Assembly (NCBI GenBank): GCA_045862955.1
Contig: BTVI01000008.1
Coordinates: 36,846 to 100,845, forward strand
Length of the DNA: 64,000 nucleotides
Direction: 5' to 3'
DNA from: Fimbriimonadales bacterium
GTDB lineage: Bacteria > Armatimonadota > Fimbriimonadia > Fimbriimonadales > JABRVX01
The notes under the pieces were generated by a model. That model had not been told where the DNA came from. It worked only from the letters and a program-made list of their open reading frames with translations, and did not search any database. Below are positions 20,311-29,347 of this stretch, piece after piece (the first letter of the stretch is position 1; every line of letters starts with the position of its first letter). Both the position numbers and the translations under genes were made by a program.

Positions 20311-20980
20311 CGTCATGCTGAGCTTGTCGAAGCATGCCCTCGCATGCCGCACGGTCGTACGTTCGGATACTACCAACGCGGCTGCCGACCTCATGCTTCG
20401 ACAAGCTCAGCATGACGTCGAGATGAGCATGACGTGGCGCTAATCGGGACGGCGGGCTCAGCATGGCAGGATCTGCGCGCTTCCCGCGCCACACACAAGT
20501 CGAAGGATGCGGATACGGGCCCCATGCTTCGACAAGCTCAGCATGACGTGGCGCTCATCGTGACGTCGAGGTCATCGGGACGGCGGGCTCAGCATGCCAG
20601 GATCTGCGCGCTTCCTGCGCCACACGCAAGTCGAAGGATGCGGCTACCGGCCCCATGCTTCGACAGGCTCAGCATGACGTGGTGCTAATCGTGACGGGTC
20701 CTGCGCGCTTCCTGTAACGCACATAAGTCGAAGGATGCGGCTGCCGGTCCCATGCTTCGACAGGCTCAGCATGACGTCGAGATGAGCATGACGTGGCGCT
20801 AATCGGGACGGCGGGCTCAGCATGCCAGGATCTGCGCGCTTCCTGCGCCACACGCAAGTCGAAGGATGCGGCTACCGGTCCCATGCTTCGACAGGCTCAG
20901 CATGACGTCGGGGTCATCGGGACGTCGAGGGCAGCGTGACGTCGAGGTCATCGTGACGGCGGGCTCAGCATGGCGTCGCC
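20311..20980. repeat. REP/BIME-like array, block 2
   Basis: 26-mer forward at 20311; inverted copies at 20392, 20523, 20654, 20751 and 20882 (periods 131, 131, 97, 131). Confidence 0.92.
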
Positions 20981-21076
20981 GGTGACCCAGCCTATCGAAA
21001 TGTTGAGGGACAGGCACACCGAGTGCAAGCCGGCACCACCACCATGAGTGACAGTGCAAGTCCGCTCTGGCAAACA

Positions 21077-21109
21077 CTATCCCCCACCACGCGAAGTGGT
21101 GAGGGATAG
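21077..21109 (-). terminator. Probable terminator of the PEP-CTERM gene
   Basis: Minus strand CTATCCCTCACCAC-TTCGC-GTGGTGGGGGATAG followed by TGTTT. Confidence 0.6.
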
Positions 21110-21139
21110 TAGCTTAGCTAGATTGTGGTCGCGTAGCGA

Positions 21140-21907
21140 CTACTTGCGGCGGCGGATCGCCAGCAGGCCGGCGAGACCCGCGCCGAGCGCAGCCATCGTG
21201 CCAGGCTCGGGAATGGTGTACAGGGTGAACGCCATATCGAGCGACCGCCAACCCGTGGGAAGCGGCCCCTCATACAGGGCCACGGTGTCGGTCGGGTCAA
21301 CGCCCCAGTTCGACCAGGGCGCGTAGCCGAAGTAGTTGGACGCGAAGGCCGCATCGTCGTTCCAGTTCAGCCCGCGCTGTCGGAAGTTCCAGTAGAAGGC
21401 GTCGAAATACCCGTCCGTAATCATCTCGCCCTGGATGCTGATCCAGTAGACCTGCGGATTGGTCGGGGTGCCTTCCTGGAAGAAGTACTGGTCGGGCCGG
21501 AAGATTGCCATGAACGTGCCGTCGCCGTTATCCCACCAGCCGGGCTGGCACTGGGCGGGGGCGTTGTCCACGCGGATCTCCTTGAGCAGCGTGCCGGGAT
21601 GGCTCGCGTCATTGGGGGTAGCCGGAACATCTGTCCAGAACTTGATCACGAAGTTGTCAATCCAGATATTCCCGTAGTACGACCAACCTGCGAACTTCAC
21701 GGCCACTATCGGCTGAAGGTCCGTGCACAGGAAGTCGTCTGCGCTGATGGCGTCGCTCGGCGTATCGTAATCGAGCCAGCTGGCGCCGCCGTACGTGTCG
21801 ATGGCGTCCATCTGGTCCCACTTCTTGATGAAGCCGCAGTCAGTGCCCTGGGCAAAAGCGGAGGCGACGAATCCGCTCGCTAGCAGAAGCGTGATGTATC
21901 GTTTCAT
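21140..21907 (-). CDS. PEP-CTERM sorting domain protein
   Basis: Signal peptide MKRYITLLLASGFVASAFA; C-terminal IPEPGTMAALGAGLAGLLAIRRRK. Confidence 0.92.
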   Translation of the reverse strand: MKRYITLLLASGFVASAFAQGTDCGFIKKWDQMDAIDTYGGASWLDYDTPSDAISADDFLCTDLQPIVAVKFAGWSYYGNIWIDNFVIKFWTDVPATPNDASHPGTLLKEIRVDNAPAQCQPGWWDNGDGTFMAIFRPDQYFFQEGTPTNPQVYWISIQGEMITDGYFDAFYWNFRQRGLNWNDDAAFASNYFGYAPWSNWGVDPTDTVALYEGPLPTGWRSLDMAFTLYTIPEPGTMAALGAGLAGLLAIRRRK

Positions 21908-22005
21908 GTGCTCCGTTTCCTCTAGAGTTACAGCATTGCCATCCGAGAGGCAACAAAGACAAACAGGCCATCCAAGGAAAAGGAGCCAGAATAGCAGTTG
22001 CCTAC

Positions 22006-22034
22006 ATTCTACACCCGATCTCGACTTCCTGCAA
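22006..22034 (-). promoter_or_regulatory. Putative sigma70 promoter of the PEP-CTERM gene
   Basis: TTGCAG-N17-TAGAAT on the minus strand. Confidence 0.55.
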
Positions 22035-22250
22035 CCGGAAATCGCAGACATTCCGGATAGGAAGAAAACCTAGCTAGCCTAAACTGTGTGCTTGCACGGC
22101 CTCCAATGCGCTCGACCCGGCAAATGTTCGCTTGCTCTGCAGCTTGCGGAGAACGGCGATGCGTACCGCCGCCTGAGGTCGAGGCGATGTCCCAGAGCTA
22201 CCGCATCTAGTCGTCACCGCCACCGCAGAGCGCGCGACATTGCCAGGAGC

Positions 22251-22805
22251 CTAGCCCTTAGGCGAACCCTTCACGACCACGCCGGCCTTGCGAAGGGCCT
22301 GAAGCACGGTGGCGAAGTCGCCTTCAGGCGGAACGTACTCCACCACGGTCCCGTTCTTGTCCACCACCACCGAGAGCGGCATCGCGTGCACGAGGTAGGC
22401 CGCATGGGCCGCGCCCGAGCCGTCGGTGTACGCCGGCATCGTCATCCCGTGGGCTCGAACGAAGTCCTGAGCGATGAGGTTCCCTTCGGCGGTAATAGGC
22501 AGAATCACCAGGTGCTTTCGATCCGTGGAGTCGTACAGCTTCTGGATATCCTTCATCCGCTGCACGCACTCGGTGTGATACGAGGTCCAGAACTCGATGT
22601 ACACCACCCTGCCCTTCAGCGAGGAGAGCAGGAGCGGGTTGCCGTCGAGGTCCATCACGCTGAAATCCATCGCCGGCTTGCCGACGAAGGTCTTCCGGTC
22701 TACCCGGTTCGGCCCCTGAGCCACGCACCAGCAAGCGAGCAGAAGCAGCAATATCCAACCCAATCGGTTTGGGGATCGGACTCGGTTGGCAGGCAGCAAG
22801 TTCAT
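22251..22805 (-). CDS. Exported TlpA/ResA-like thioredoxin-fold protein with a non-canonical active site
   Basis: GKPAMDFSVMDLDG..LSSLKGRVVYIEFWTSYHTEC; cis-Pro loop HAMPLSVVVDKNG. Confidence 0.85.
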   Translation of the reverse strand: MNLLPANRVRSPNRLGWILLLLLACWCVAQGPNRVDRKTFVGKPAMDFSVMDLDGNPLLLSSLKGRVVYIEFWTSYHTECVQRMKDIQKLYDSTDRKHLVILPITAEGNLIAQDFVRAHGMTMPAYTDGSGAAHAAYLVHAMPLSVVVDKNGTVVEYVPPEGDFATVLQALRKAGVVVKGSPKG

Positions 22806-22821
22806 AGAAAGGCCTCGATCC

Positions 22822-23646
22822 CTATTCTCGGCGTTTCTCTCCCCCGGGCTCGTTCGGCGGAGGCTCGACATAGCGTAGCCGCCCGGCCCGGTAATCCTCC
22901 CAGATGCCCAAGACGGCGTTACGGTGTGGGCGGACACGGCAATGCCCGTCCTCGTTACGTTTCTCGTCGCAAACCCCCATCGGCACGCACTTGGGCACCA
23001 CGAGCCGCCCGAAGAACTCGTCCGCCGCCATCAACTCCTTACGAATTAGCTTGAACAGCTGCCGGATCTCCCACTGCGCCAGCAAACAGATCCGTAGGCC
23101 GGCCATATGGATCAGCTCGCGCAGATTCACGGTCATGATCAGGTTGGTAGTCGTTGCGTTGGGCAGGACGAAGCGCGCGTCCTCCGCGGGCATGCCGAGA
23201 TCGAGTAGCCGTTGATATGCCTCCTTGTCGGTCCGCATCACTTCCTCGAAGCTGGCCTGAGCCGCCTCATCCTCGGCGATGGAAGGCGGCACTACCTGTT
23301 GGGCTTCCCTAAACTTCACATAGCGCTGGCTTTGCTGATCGAACGCCACGCCGATGCGGTGCCGTACGAGTTGGTGCGATAGCGCGCGGCTCACACCCGA
23401 GATCGCGAACGTGAACGAGATGTGCTCGATGGTGCTGTGGTGACCGGAGGAAAGGACGTGGTCAATGACCCGGATCACCTTCGCCGGGTCCGTCTTTCCT
23501 TCGCGATATTCCTGCCAGATCTCCTGGGGTGGCGTCTCGCTATAGCACGTTCGGGCAGCGAGGTAGATCAGTCCTCGGTAGTACTCGCGGATCACCTCCC
23601 TGCTGGGAAAGATCAGGTCCACGCGCATCGGGCCAACGGACGCCAC
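22822..23646 (-). CDS. thyX: FAD-dependent thymidylate synthase
   Basis: GHHSTIEH, SRALSHQLVRHR..FDQQSQRY, EDARFVLP, AQWEIR. Confidence 0.96.
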   Translation of the reverse strand: MASVGPMRVDLIFPSREVIREYYRGLIYLAARTCYSETPPQEIWQEYREGKTDPAKVIRVIDHVLSSGHHSTIEHISFTFAISGVSRALSHQLVRHRIGVAFDQQSQRYVKFREAQQVVPPSIAEDEAAQASFEEVMRTDKEAYQRLLDLGMPAEDARFVLPNATTTNLIMTVNLRELIHMAGLRICLLAQWEIRQLFKLIRKELMAADEFFGRLVVPKCVPMGVCDEKRNEDGHCRVRPHRNAVLGIWEDYRAGRLRYVEPPPNEPGGEKRRE

Positions 23647-23709
23647 GGTTTCCCCCTCATATTCGGACAGTACTACGGATACGTTCTCCGCGAGAGCAGA
23701 TGGTGGAGC

Positions 23710-24393
23710 CTACCCTACCTCGGCGGTCCCTACGGGCGCTGCAACCTGCGCGTGCAGGTGTCCGCTCGTCGTGGACGGCCCGATGGCAACCACCACGTCA
23801 CCGGGCCGAAGCACCAAGTCGGGTGTTGCCACCATGTGCCTCCCTTCGCGCACCACTGCGACGATAGCGGTGCCGTCTGCGAAATACAAGCTCCCGATTG
23901 CCTTGCCACAGGCTGGTGAGCGGTGCGTAATCTCGGCCTCGGCCACTTCGAGCCCTCCACCCTGCAAGGCACCGATGGGAAGCACCTCACCGGTTTCAAT
24001 CTCCTGCTCAATGAGGTTATAGATGATCGTGGTGCTGCTGATCACAGCATCCACCCCGAGCCGACGGAACAGGTCTTCGTGGCGCGGGTCTATCACTCTC
24101 GCGATGGTTCGCTTCACATTGAATCGGCGCTTCGCCATTTGGCAGACCACGAGATTGTCCTCATCATCGCCGGTGATTGCCGCGACGACGTCTGCCCGGC
24201 CGATCCCCGCTTCCGCCATAACGCGCACTTCGCAACCATCGCCGTGCAGTACCGCATCGGCTCCGAAGGTCTCCTGGAGTTGTTGCGCCCGAGACTTGCT
24301 CTTCTCGATCATCAGGAACTCGTGGCCCTCGTTACGCAGCCGTCTGGCCACCTGAGCCCCAATCGCCCCACCGCCAACCAGCACTACATACAT
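23710..24393 (-). CDS. trkA: TrkA family protein (RCK_N + RCK_C)
   Basis: VGGGAIG, GDGCE, TGDDEDN; C-terminal RCK_C domain. Confidence 0.9.
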   Translation of the reverse strand: MYVVLVGGGAIGAQVARRLRNEGHEFLMIEKSKSRAQQLQETFGADAVLHGDGCEVRVMAEAGIGRADVVAAITGDDEDNLVVCQMAKRRFNVKRTIARVIDPRHEDLFRRLGVDAVISSTTIIYNLIEQEIETGEVLPIGALQGGGLEVAEAEITHRSPACGKAIGSLYFADGTAIVAVVREGRHMVATPDLVLRPGDVVVAIGPSTTSGHLHAQVAAPVGTAEVG

Positions 24394-24412
24394 CTCACGA
24401 CCTCCCGAGCCC

Positions 24413-24865
24413 TCACTTACCCGCTGAAGCGAGGATGTACTCCTCCACGGGACGCATCTCACGCTCATGGAGCCAGTCCGCAAATACCCCGCCGAGGATC
24501 AGGCATTCACTGATAGTGAAGAACCCGAGTTTCCTGTATTCCTCGCCCCGGATGGGGTCGTTGATCTTGCCCCCCACGCGCTGGATCCCGAACCGGTCTC
24601 TCGCGATCTGCATCGCCATGATGTTCGTATTGTCCCCCTGAGTGCAGGCGAAGAACGCATCGGCCTTCGACGTGTTGGCCTCCCTGAGCACGTCCTCGTC
24701 GAGCACGTTGCCGGTAACGGTCCTGATGTTGGATGGCGGGGTCTTTCCGAAGCGCCGGAATGAATCGCGCTGCAGGTCCACGACGGCGACGTCATGGCCT
24801 TCGCTACTGAGCAGTCTGGCAAGCGTGGATCCCGTCCGCCCGCATCCTGCGATCACGATCTTCAC
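24413..24865 (-). CDS. TrkA_N-only (RCK_N) protein
   Basis: MKIVIAGCGRTG, ADAFFACTQGDNTNIM. Confidence 0.9.
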   Translation of the reverse strand: MKIVIAGCGRTGSTLARLLSSEGHDVAVVDLQRDSFRRFGKTPPSNIRTVTGNVLDEDVLREANTSKADAFFACTQGDNTNIMAMQIARDRFGIQRVGGKINDPIRGEEYRKLGFFTISECLILGGVFADWLHEREMRPVEEYILASAGK

Positions 24866-26766
24866 GGGTTGGTGTCTCCTACTGAGTTCGATGGAATACC
24901 TTCGCGGGTGGAACTCTCATGGTACCCCGCAGACACCGGAGCCGCGGCCCTTCGGTAGTAGTTGGGCTCGTTCCTGGCGATCAGCTCCAGCCGGGTCACG
25001 TCCTCACGGTCCCGAACGATGCAGAGCGGCAGTGCGAACAGGAACGTCACCGCGCACACAGCCGCTCCGATCGAGGCAATCCGCGCGAGGCCCTCCGCAG
25101 CCGATGGAATCAGCGACGCTCCCGAGCGAGCCGCCCAATAGACGCTCAGGGCTATCGGCAGAGAAATCACGAACCAGCCCAAGGCTGCCCACTGCTGCAC
25201 GGAGAGGTTGGGTGCCGGAGGCGCGACCCCGGTTAGAGCCAGATGCACCCCGGCGAAGTCCGCGTACCGGAAAATGAAGCTGAGCAGTCCGAGTACCACC
25301 AGCCCGATGGCCATGAGCCAAGCCCATACTGCGTGGGTGCGCGTCCAAGTCAGGTAAGCAGTCCCCGCAGGGTTGGCTCCGGTGGGAGCATCGGACGCCG
25401 AAGCCGCATAGCCGAAAGTGCCGATCAACAGGGAGTACCAAACGCCTACCGCCCAACTACCGCTACCCAAGTACGCAACCAAGCCGACGGCAAGTCCACA
25501 CAAAACAGCCAGGGTCGCCCTGAGCCGCTCGGGCAGGCTCAGTCGCAGGCGCGCCGACAGCACGAGCACCGAAGCTGCAAACGCCCAGGCCAAGAGGAAC
25601 CGTACCAAGAGCCCGAACGAGCCGTCCACGAGCGCCGAGGTCGCGATGCTCCGGAAGAGCCATCCTGTCCAGAGCTCCGGTCCGCCCGACACCGTGTTCC
25701 ACCCCGAGAACTCCATCGCAGATATCTGGGGAATCTGAGCGCGGTATCCATCGTTGCGCCGTGCCTGCATTACCACGAAGCGGTCCTGCACCTGGGCCTC
25801 CGCCGGCGGTAGCGTGTCCCGGAGCACACGCCGAAACTCCGCTCGGCGCTCTTCTGCCAATCTTGGCGAGGACGCCGTCTTCGTATCCCCCCACTCGATG
25901 GCGGTCTCCACGATGCCGATCCCGACTAGGCCCGCGACGACTTGTCTGGCTTGCTCGCGAAGCAGCGCTCCGTTTCGGGCGTTCAGCAATCGCAGTCGCA
26001 CCTGCTCCGCTCGCGACCCCTGCGCAGTCACACGCTTCAGAAGCGCAGTTGCGGTCTCTTCGATGAGGGCAGGGTGAGGAAGCCGAAGCATGGCGATGGC
26101 CGGGAATCTCTGCCGAGCCCCTCGTTGGCCGTGTATCCGCTCGAGCAAGTCCCACTGCGCGAACACTTCCTCCTCGGCGTAATCTCGCCATTGCGTCTTG
26201 TCGGCAGCTATCTCCCACTGCTCCTGTGCCTTCTCCGGTTGTCCGAGACCCATGTAGGCGGCAGCCAGCATCTGAATGAAGAAAGCGTTGTTCGGCTGCC
26301 TTCTGCTTCCTTCGGCCATCAGGTCCCGAAGGCGCTCCCAGTCGTGAGGAGTGGCCCTCCAAGCATCGTCCTGCTCATTCTCACCCCCGATGCTCACCGC
26401 CGCAGCGTAATAGCGTCCGAGGTGCGCGTGGAGAGAGACGCGATGTGGGAAGCGCTCGAGCAGTTCTTCCAGAGCCCGGATCCGCTCACGGACCAGAGCA
26501 GCATCCTGTTCCTTCCTGGGCTCCCCAGTGGTCATCGTGGCAACCGCGAGCCAGTACGAGAAGATGTGTTCTTCCTCTTCGGGAACCGTGGGCTCCACTC
26601 CCACGCTGAGGTGCTGTGAGACCGCCCTTTGCCACACGGGGACCTCATTGAGACCGAAAAACAGCCCGTCAACTACGTGCCAACGAGCCGTCGGGGAGAG
26701 CACCACGGCAAGACCGCACCCGACGGCGACGCCCGCCCAAAGCCAGCGTGCCGCACCTGCCATCAC
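24862..26766 (-). CDS. Hypothetical membrane protein (large helical soluble domain plus C-terminal TM bundle)
   Basis: 634-aa ORF; N-terminal TM; TPR-like QPNNAFF..LAAAY; GTGA overlap with the downstream gene. Confidence 0.75.
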   Translation of the reverse strand: MMAGAARWLWAGVAVGCGLAVVLSPTARWHVVDGLFFGLNEVPVWQRAVSQHLSVGVEPTVPEEEEHIFSYWLAVATMTTGEPRKEQDAALVRERIRALEELLERFPHRVSLHAHLGRYYAAAVSIGGENEQDDAWRATPHDWERLRDLMAEGSRRQPNNAFFIQMLAAAYMGLGQPEKAQEQWEIAADKTQWRDYAEEEVFAQWDLLERIHGQRGARQRFPAIAMLRLPHPALIEETATALLKRVTAQGSRAEQVRLRLLNARNGALLREQARQVVAGLVGIGIVETAIEWGDTKTASSPRLAEERRAEFRRVLRDTLPPAEAQVQDRFVVMQARRNDGYRAQIPQISAMEFSGWNTVSGGPELWTGWLFRSIATSALVDGSFGLLVRFLLAWAFAASVLVLSARLRLSLPERLRATLAVLCGLAVGLVAYLGSGSWAVGVWYSLLIGTFGYAASASDAPTGANPAGTAYLTWTRTHAVWAWLMAIGLVVLGLLSFIFRYADFAGVHLALTGVAPPAPNLSVQQWAALGWFVISLPIALSVYWAARSGASLIPSAAEGLARIASIGAAVCAVTFLFALPLCIVRDREDVTRLELIARNEPNYYRRAAAPVSAGYHESSTREGIPSNSVGDTNP

Positions 26767-26784
26767 GGCGATACTCTACCGCAC

Positions 26785-27288
26785 CTATCCGGCAGATCGC
26801 GTCGGGCCGTGTTCCTCCTTCTTTTCCTCCATCGGAAGGTCTCGGTGGTACCACAACGGCGAGTTGCGATCGAGCTTGTACTGCTCGAGCAGCTCGTCCG
26901 GTCGAACGTTGGCGCTAGCACCGGGCGATGCGGAGGGACGGTTCGGCGACTCTCCGAGGGCTGCATACTGCAGGACGGCGGTCATCAACACGGCAGCAGC
27001 AGCCGCGGCCACAGAGAACTGCCTCCAGTGTGCCCAGCTCGGTCTCTGTAGGCCGGTAAGCCTCAGAGCAGACACCACGCGATCGTCGAAATCGGGTGAA
27101 GGAACGACGTCGGCCGATGCCGACAACTCCTGGGATAACCTATGAATGAGATCTCTCTGCACTCGGCACGGCTCGCACATCGCGAGGTGCTCCTCCAGCC
27201 GCTTTCTTCGCGACTCCGGGAGGTAGCCGTCGTGCAAAAGGCTTATGTCGGCTCGAAATCGAGCACACCCTCTGCGAATGAAGATCAA
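26785..27288 (-). CDS. Zinc-finger (zf-HC2/ZAS) membrane anti-sigma factor
   Basis: C..HLAMCEPC (HxxxCxxC) followed by one TM; TTG start overlaps the sigma stop; SD GAAGGAGG. Confidence 0.88.
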   Translation of the reverse strand: MIFIRRGCARFRADISLLHDGYLPESRRKRLEEHLAMCEPCRVQRDLIHRLSQELSASADVVPSPDFDDRVVSALRLTGLQRPSWAHWRQFSVAAAAAAVLMTAVLQYAALGESPNRPSASPGASANVRPDELLEQYKLDRNSPLWYHRDLPMEEKKEEHGPTRSAG

Positions 27289-27932
27289 CTCTTGTCCTCC
27301 TTCATGGCCGAAACCCACAGTCGCCGGAAACGTTCCCGTGCAACATGGAGCCGGGAACGCACCGTGCCAACCGGCACACCCGTAGCGGTAGCAACCTCGT
27401 CGTAGCTCAGCCCTTCCATCTCCCGCAGGACGAGCGTTGCCTTGAGTTCCGGCGGTAGCTCTTCCAAGAGCTGCCGGACGAGAAGCCGAGTCTCGATGGA
27501 GCCGCGCCCGTATTCCACGACCGCATCGAACGGTGTCAGCTCTGCGCGGCGGACTCGAAGTCTGTCCACGCAGAGTCTAACTACGATGCGGTAAAGGAAG
27601 CCGCCGAAGGCGCAGTCGTCTCGAAGACGGCTAAGGTCCCGAAAGGCCTTGACGAAGGCGTCCTGCGCAACGTCCTCGGCCTCGGTACGATCATGGATGA
27701 GTCCGACCGCGATGCGCACCAGCCGTGTGCGATAGCGAGCGATGAGGCGTCGCAGCGCCACTTCATCGCCGCTTCGACAACGGCGCACCAGGTCCGCCTC
27801 TTCTGCTCGAAGGGCGGCCTGCGCAAAACCATGAGGATGCGCTTCCATAGCGGTCACATTGGGAAGACGTGCACAGAGGCCCCGAACGTTCGCTCGCAGG
27901 ACCGATGCCGGGCCCTGGAACGTCCAACCCAC
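27285..27932 (-). CDS. ECF RNA polymerase sigma factor (alternative start ATG 27848)
   Basis: AEDVAQDAFVKAF, LREMEGLSYDEVA..GVPVGTVRSRLHVAR. Confidence 0.95.
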   Translation of the reverse strand: MGWTFQGPASVLRANVRGLCARLPNVTAMEAHPHGFAQAALRAEEADLVRRCRSGDEVALRRLIARYRTRLVRIAVGLIHDRTEAEDVAQDAFVKAFRDLSRLRDDCAFGGFLYRIVVRLCVDRLRVRRAELTPFDAVVEYGRGSIETRLLVRQLLEELPPELKATLVLREMEGLSYDEVATATGVPVGTVRSRLHVARERFRRLWVSAMKEDKS

Positions 27933-27938
27933 CCCTCC

Positions 27939-27947
27939 ATTATATCA
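27939..27947 (-). promoter_or_regulatory. Extended -10 promoter element upstream of the ECF sigma gene
   Basis: TG-A-TATAAT, 6 nt upstream of GTG 27932. Confidence 0.6.
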
Positions 27948-28100
27948 AGACGTCGGCAGAACGGCGATTCTTGCGGTGCACAGCCGAGAACCCGGCAGAT
28001 TTATGGGGCATCTCGCCACCACGTCCTACCGCTTCGGCTACCACTCCCGGCACTCGGGCTCCGACTCCCGCTCGAGCTGAGCCGCCGAGGGCAGGACCGT

Positions 28101-29345
28101 CTAGCCGCCGGAAGCAAGCAGCGAATTCGGCTCCGATGCCCTCCGTCCGGGCGTCAACGCCGCGATGAAGCCGTTGGCCGCGAAGTACACCATCGCTAGC
28201 TCCAGCGGGAAGCGGTAGCGAGCTATGACGTAGGTCGCGAGGCACGAGAGGATGGTCATCCCGGCAAATGTCCAGGGCCAGAGGGTCTCTCGGAAGGGCG
28301 TCGGTCCACGCGCGAAGCCATAGACCGCCAGCAAGATCATCAGCCCCCACATCACGGACCACACGACTGCCGCCAGCTTGGCCACTTTGCCCGTCAGGGT
28401 CACGTCCAGCATGTGGGGCGGAGTGATCAGCAGCAGCGCCTTCACCCCCACCAACTCTAGTGCTCGTCCGGTGTCTTCCCTCCAGAACCGGACCACTTCG
28501 GCCCGGAACCGGTCGGCCAAGTCAATCTCTAGGTACTTGGACCTGCGTGGCTCGCCGGCGGGCCACGACCAGAGGATCCGACCTGCCCCCTCTGGATACC
28601 TGCCGTCGGCGATGGTGCTATTGCCCATGTACAGGTTGAACCACGTGTTCGTGGTCACAGGCACCACGCGCGCGAACAGCAAGTAGTTGCGGACGGTCCA
28701 CGGGGCGACGGTCATCACGGCGCATACGAGGAAGACGGCCATCCCCTTCGCCTCCTCACTTCGGGCCGATGATGTGGCCACCCTCGCGATCGCGTACAGC
28801 AGCGCTATCGGAAGAAACGCCTCGCGGGTCAAGACCGCCAGCCCACAGAGCAGACCTGCTGCCACCGTCTGCCCGAGCCTCGGGCGTGCAGGCCGTTCCA
28901 GCAGCCACCATACGAGCAGCACGAGCAGGAAGAACAGGTTCTCGGTGTACATCCGGCCCGACAACCGAACGAAGGGGACGTAGACGGACAGGGCGGCTAC
29001 CGAGAAGAGTGCCGCGACGTCACCCAGCCTGCGCCGTACAACCAGGCCGAAGAGGAGAATTGTCGCCACACCCATCAGAGCCTGCGTGACCACGATAGGC
29101 TCGCGGCGCTCGCCGAACAGCGCGAAGCAGCCCGCCATGAAGCCCACGTACGCAGGATACCGGTATGCCACCACGCCACCCTCTCGGAAGCCGGCGCCGT
29201 GCACGAGGTTGGACGCGATGTTCAGATAGGCTCGCTCGTCGCTGATGGGGTGGTCGAGGGTGACGACATTCACGAGGCGAAGGAGGAGCGCAACGACGAG
29301 CCACAGGACCAGACGACGCCGGAACGCAACTTCGCGCTCGGGCAT
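28101..29345 (-). CDS. ArnT/PMT-like (GT-C fold) membrane glycosyltransferase
   Basis: SDERAY..A.NLVHGAGF, AYRYPAY, TENLF, PWTVRNY, RYRFP. Confidence 0.85.
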   Translation of the reverse strand: MPEREVAFRRRLVLWLVVALLLRLVNVVTLDHPISDERAYLNIASNLVHGAGFREGGVVAYRYPAYVGFMAGCFALFGERREPIVVTQALMGVATILLFGLVVRRRLGDVAALFSVAALSVYVPFVRLSGRMYTENLFFLLVLLVWWLLERPARPRLGQTVAAGLLCGLAVLTREAFLPIALLYAIARVATSSARSEEAKGMAVFLVCAVMTVAPWTVRNYLLFARVVPVTTNTWFNLYMGNSTIADGRYPEGAGRILWSWPAGEPRRSKYLEIDLADRFRAEVVRFWREDTGRALELVGVKALLLITPPHMLDVTLTGKVAKLAAVVWSVMWGLMILLAVYGFARGPTPFRETLWPWTFAGMTILSCLATYVIARYRFPLELAMVYFAANGFIAALTPGRRASEPNSLLASGG

Positions 29346-29347
29346 CG

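Noticed and set aside
19659..20980. CRISPR array
   Set aside because: Inter-repeat sequences are themselves near-identical repeats of 71-105 bp, both orientations occur, and no cas genes are present.
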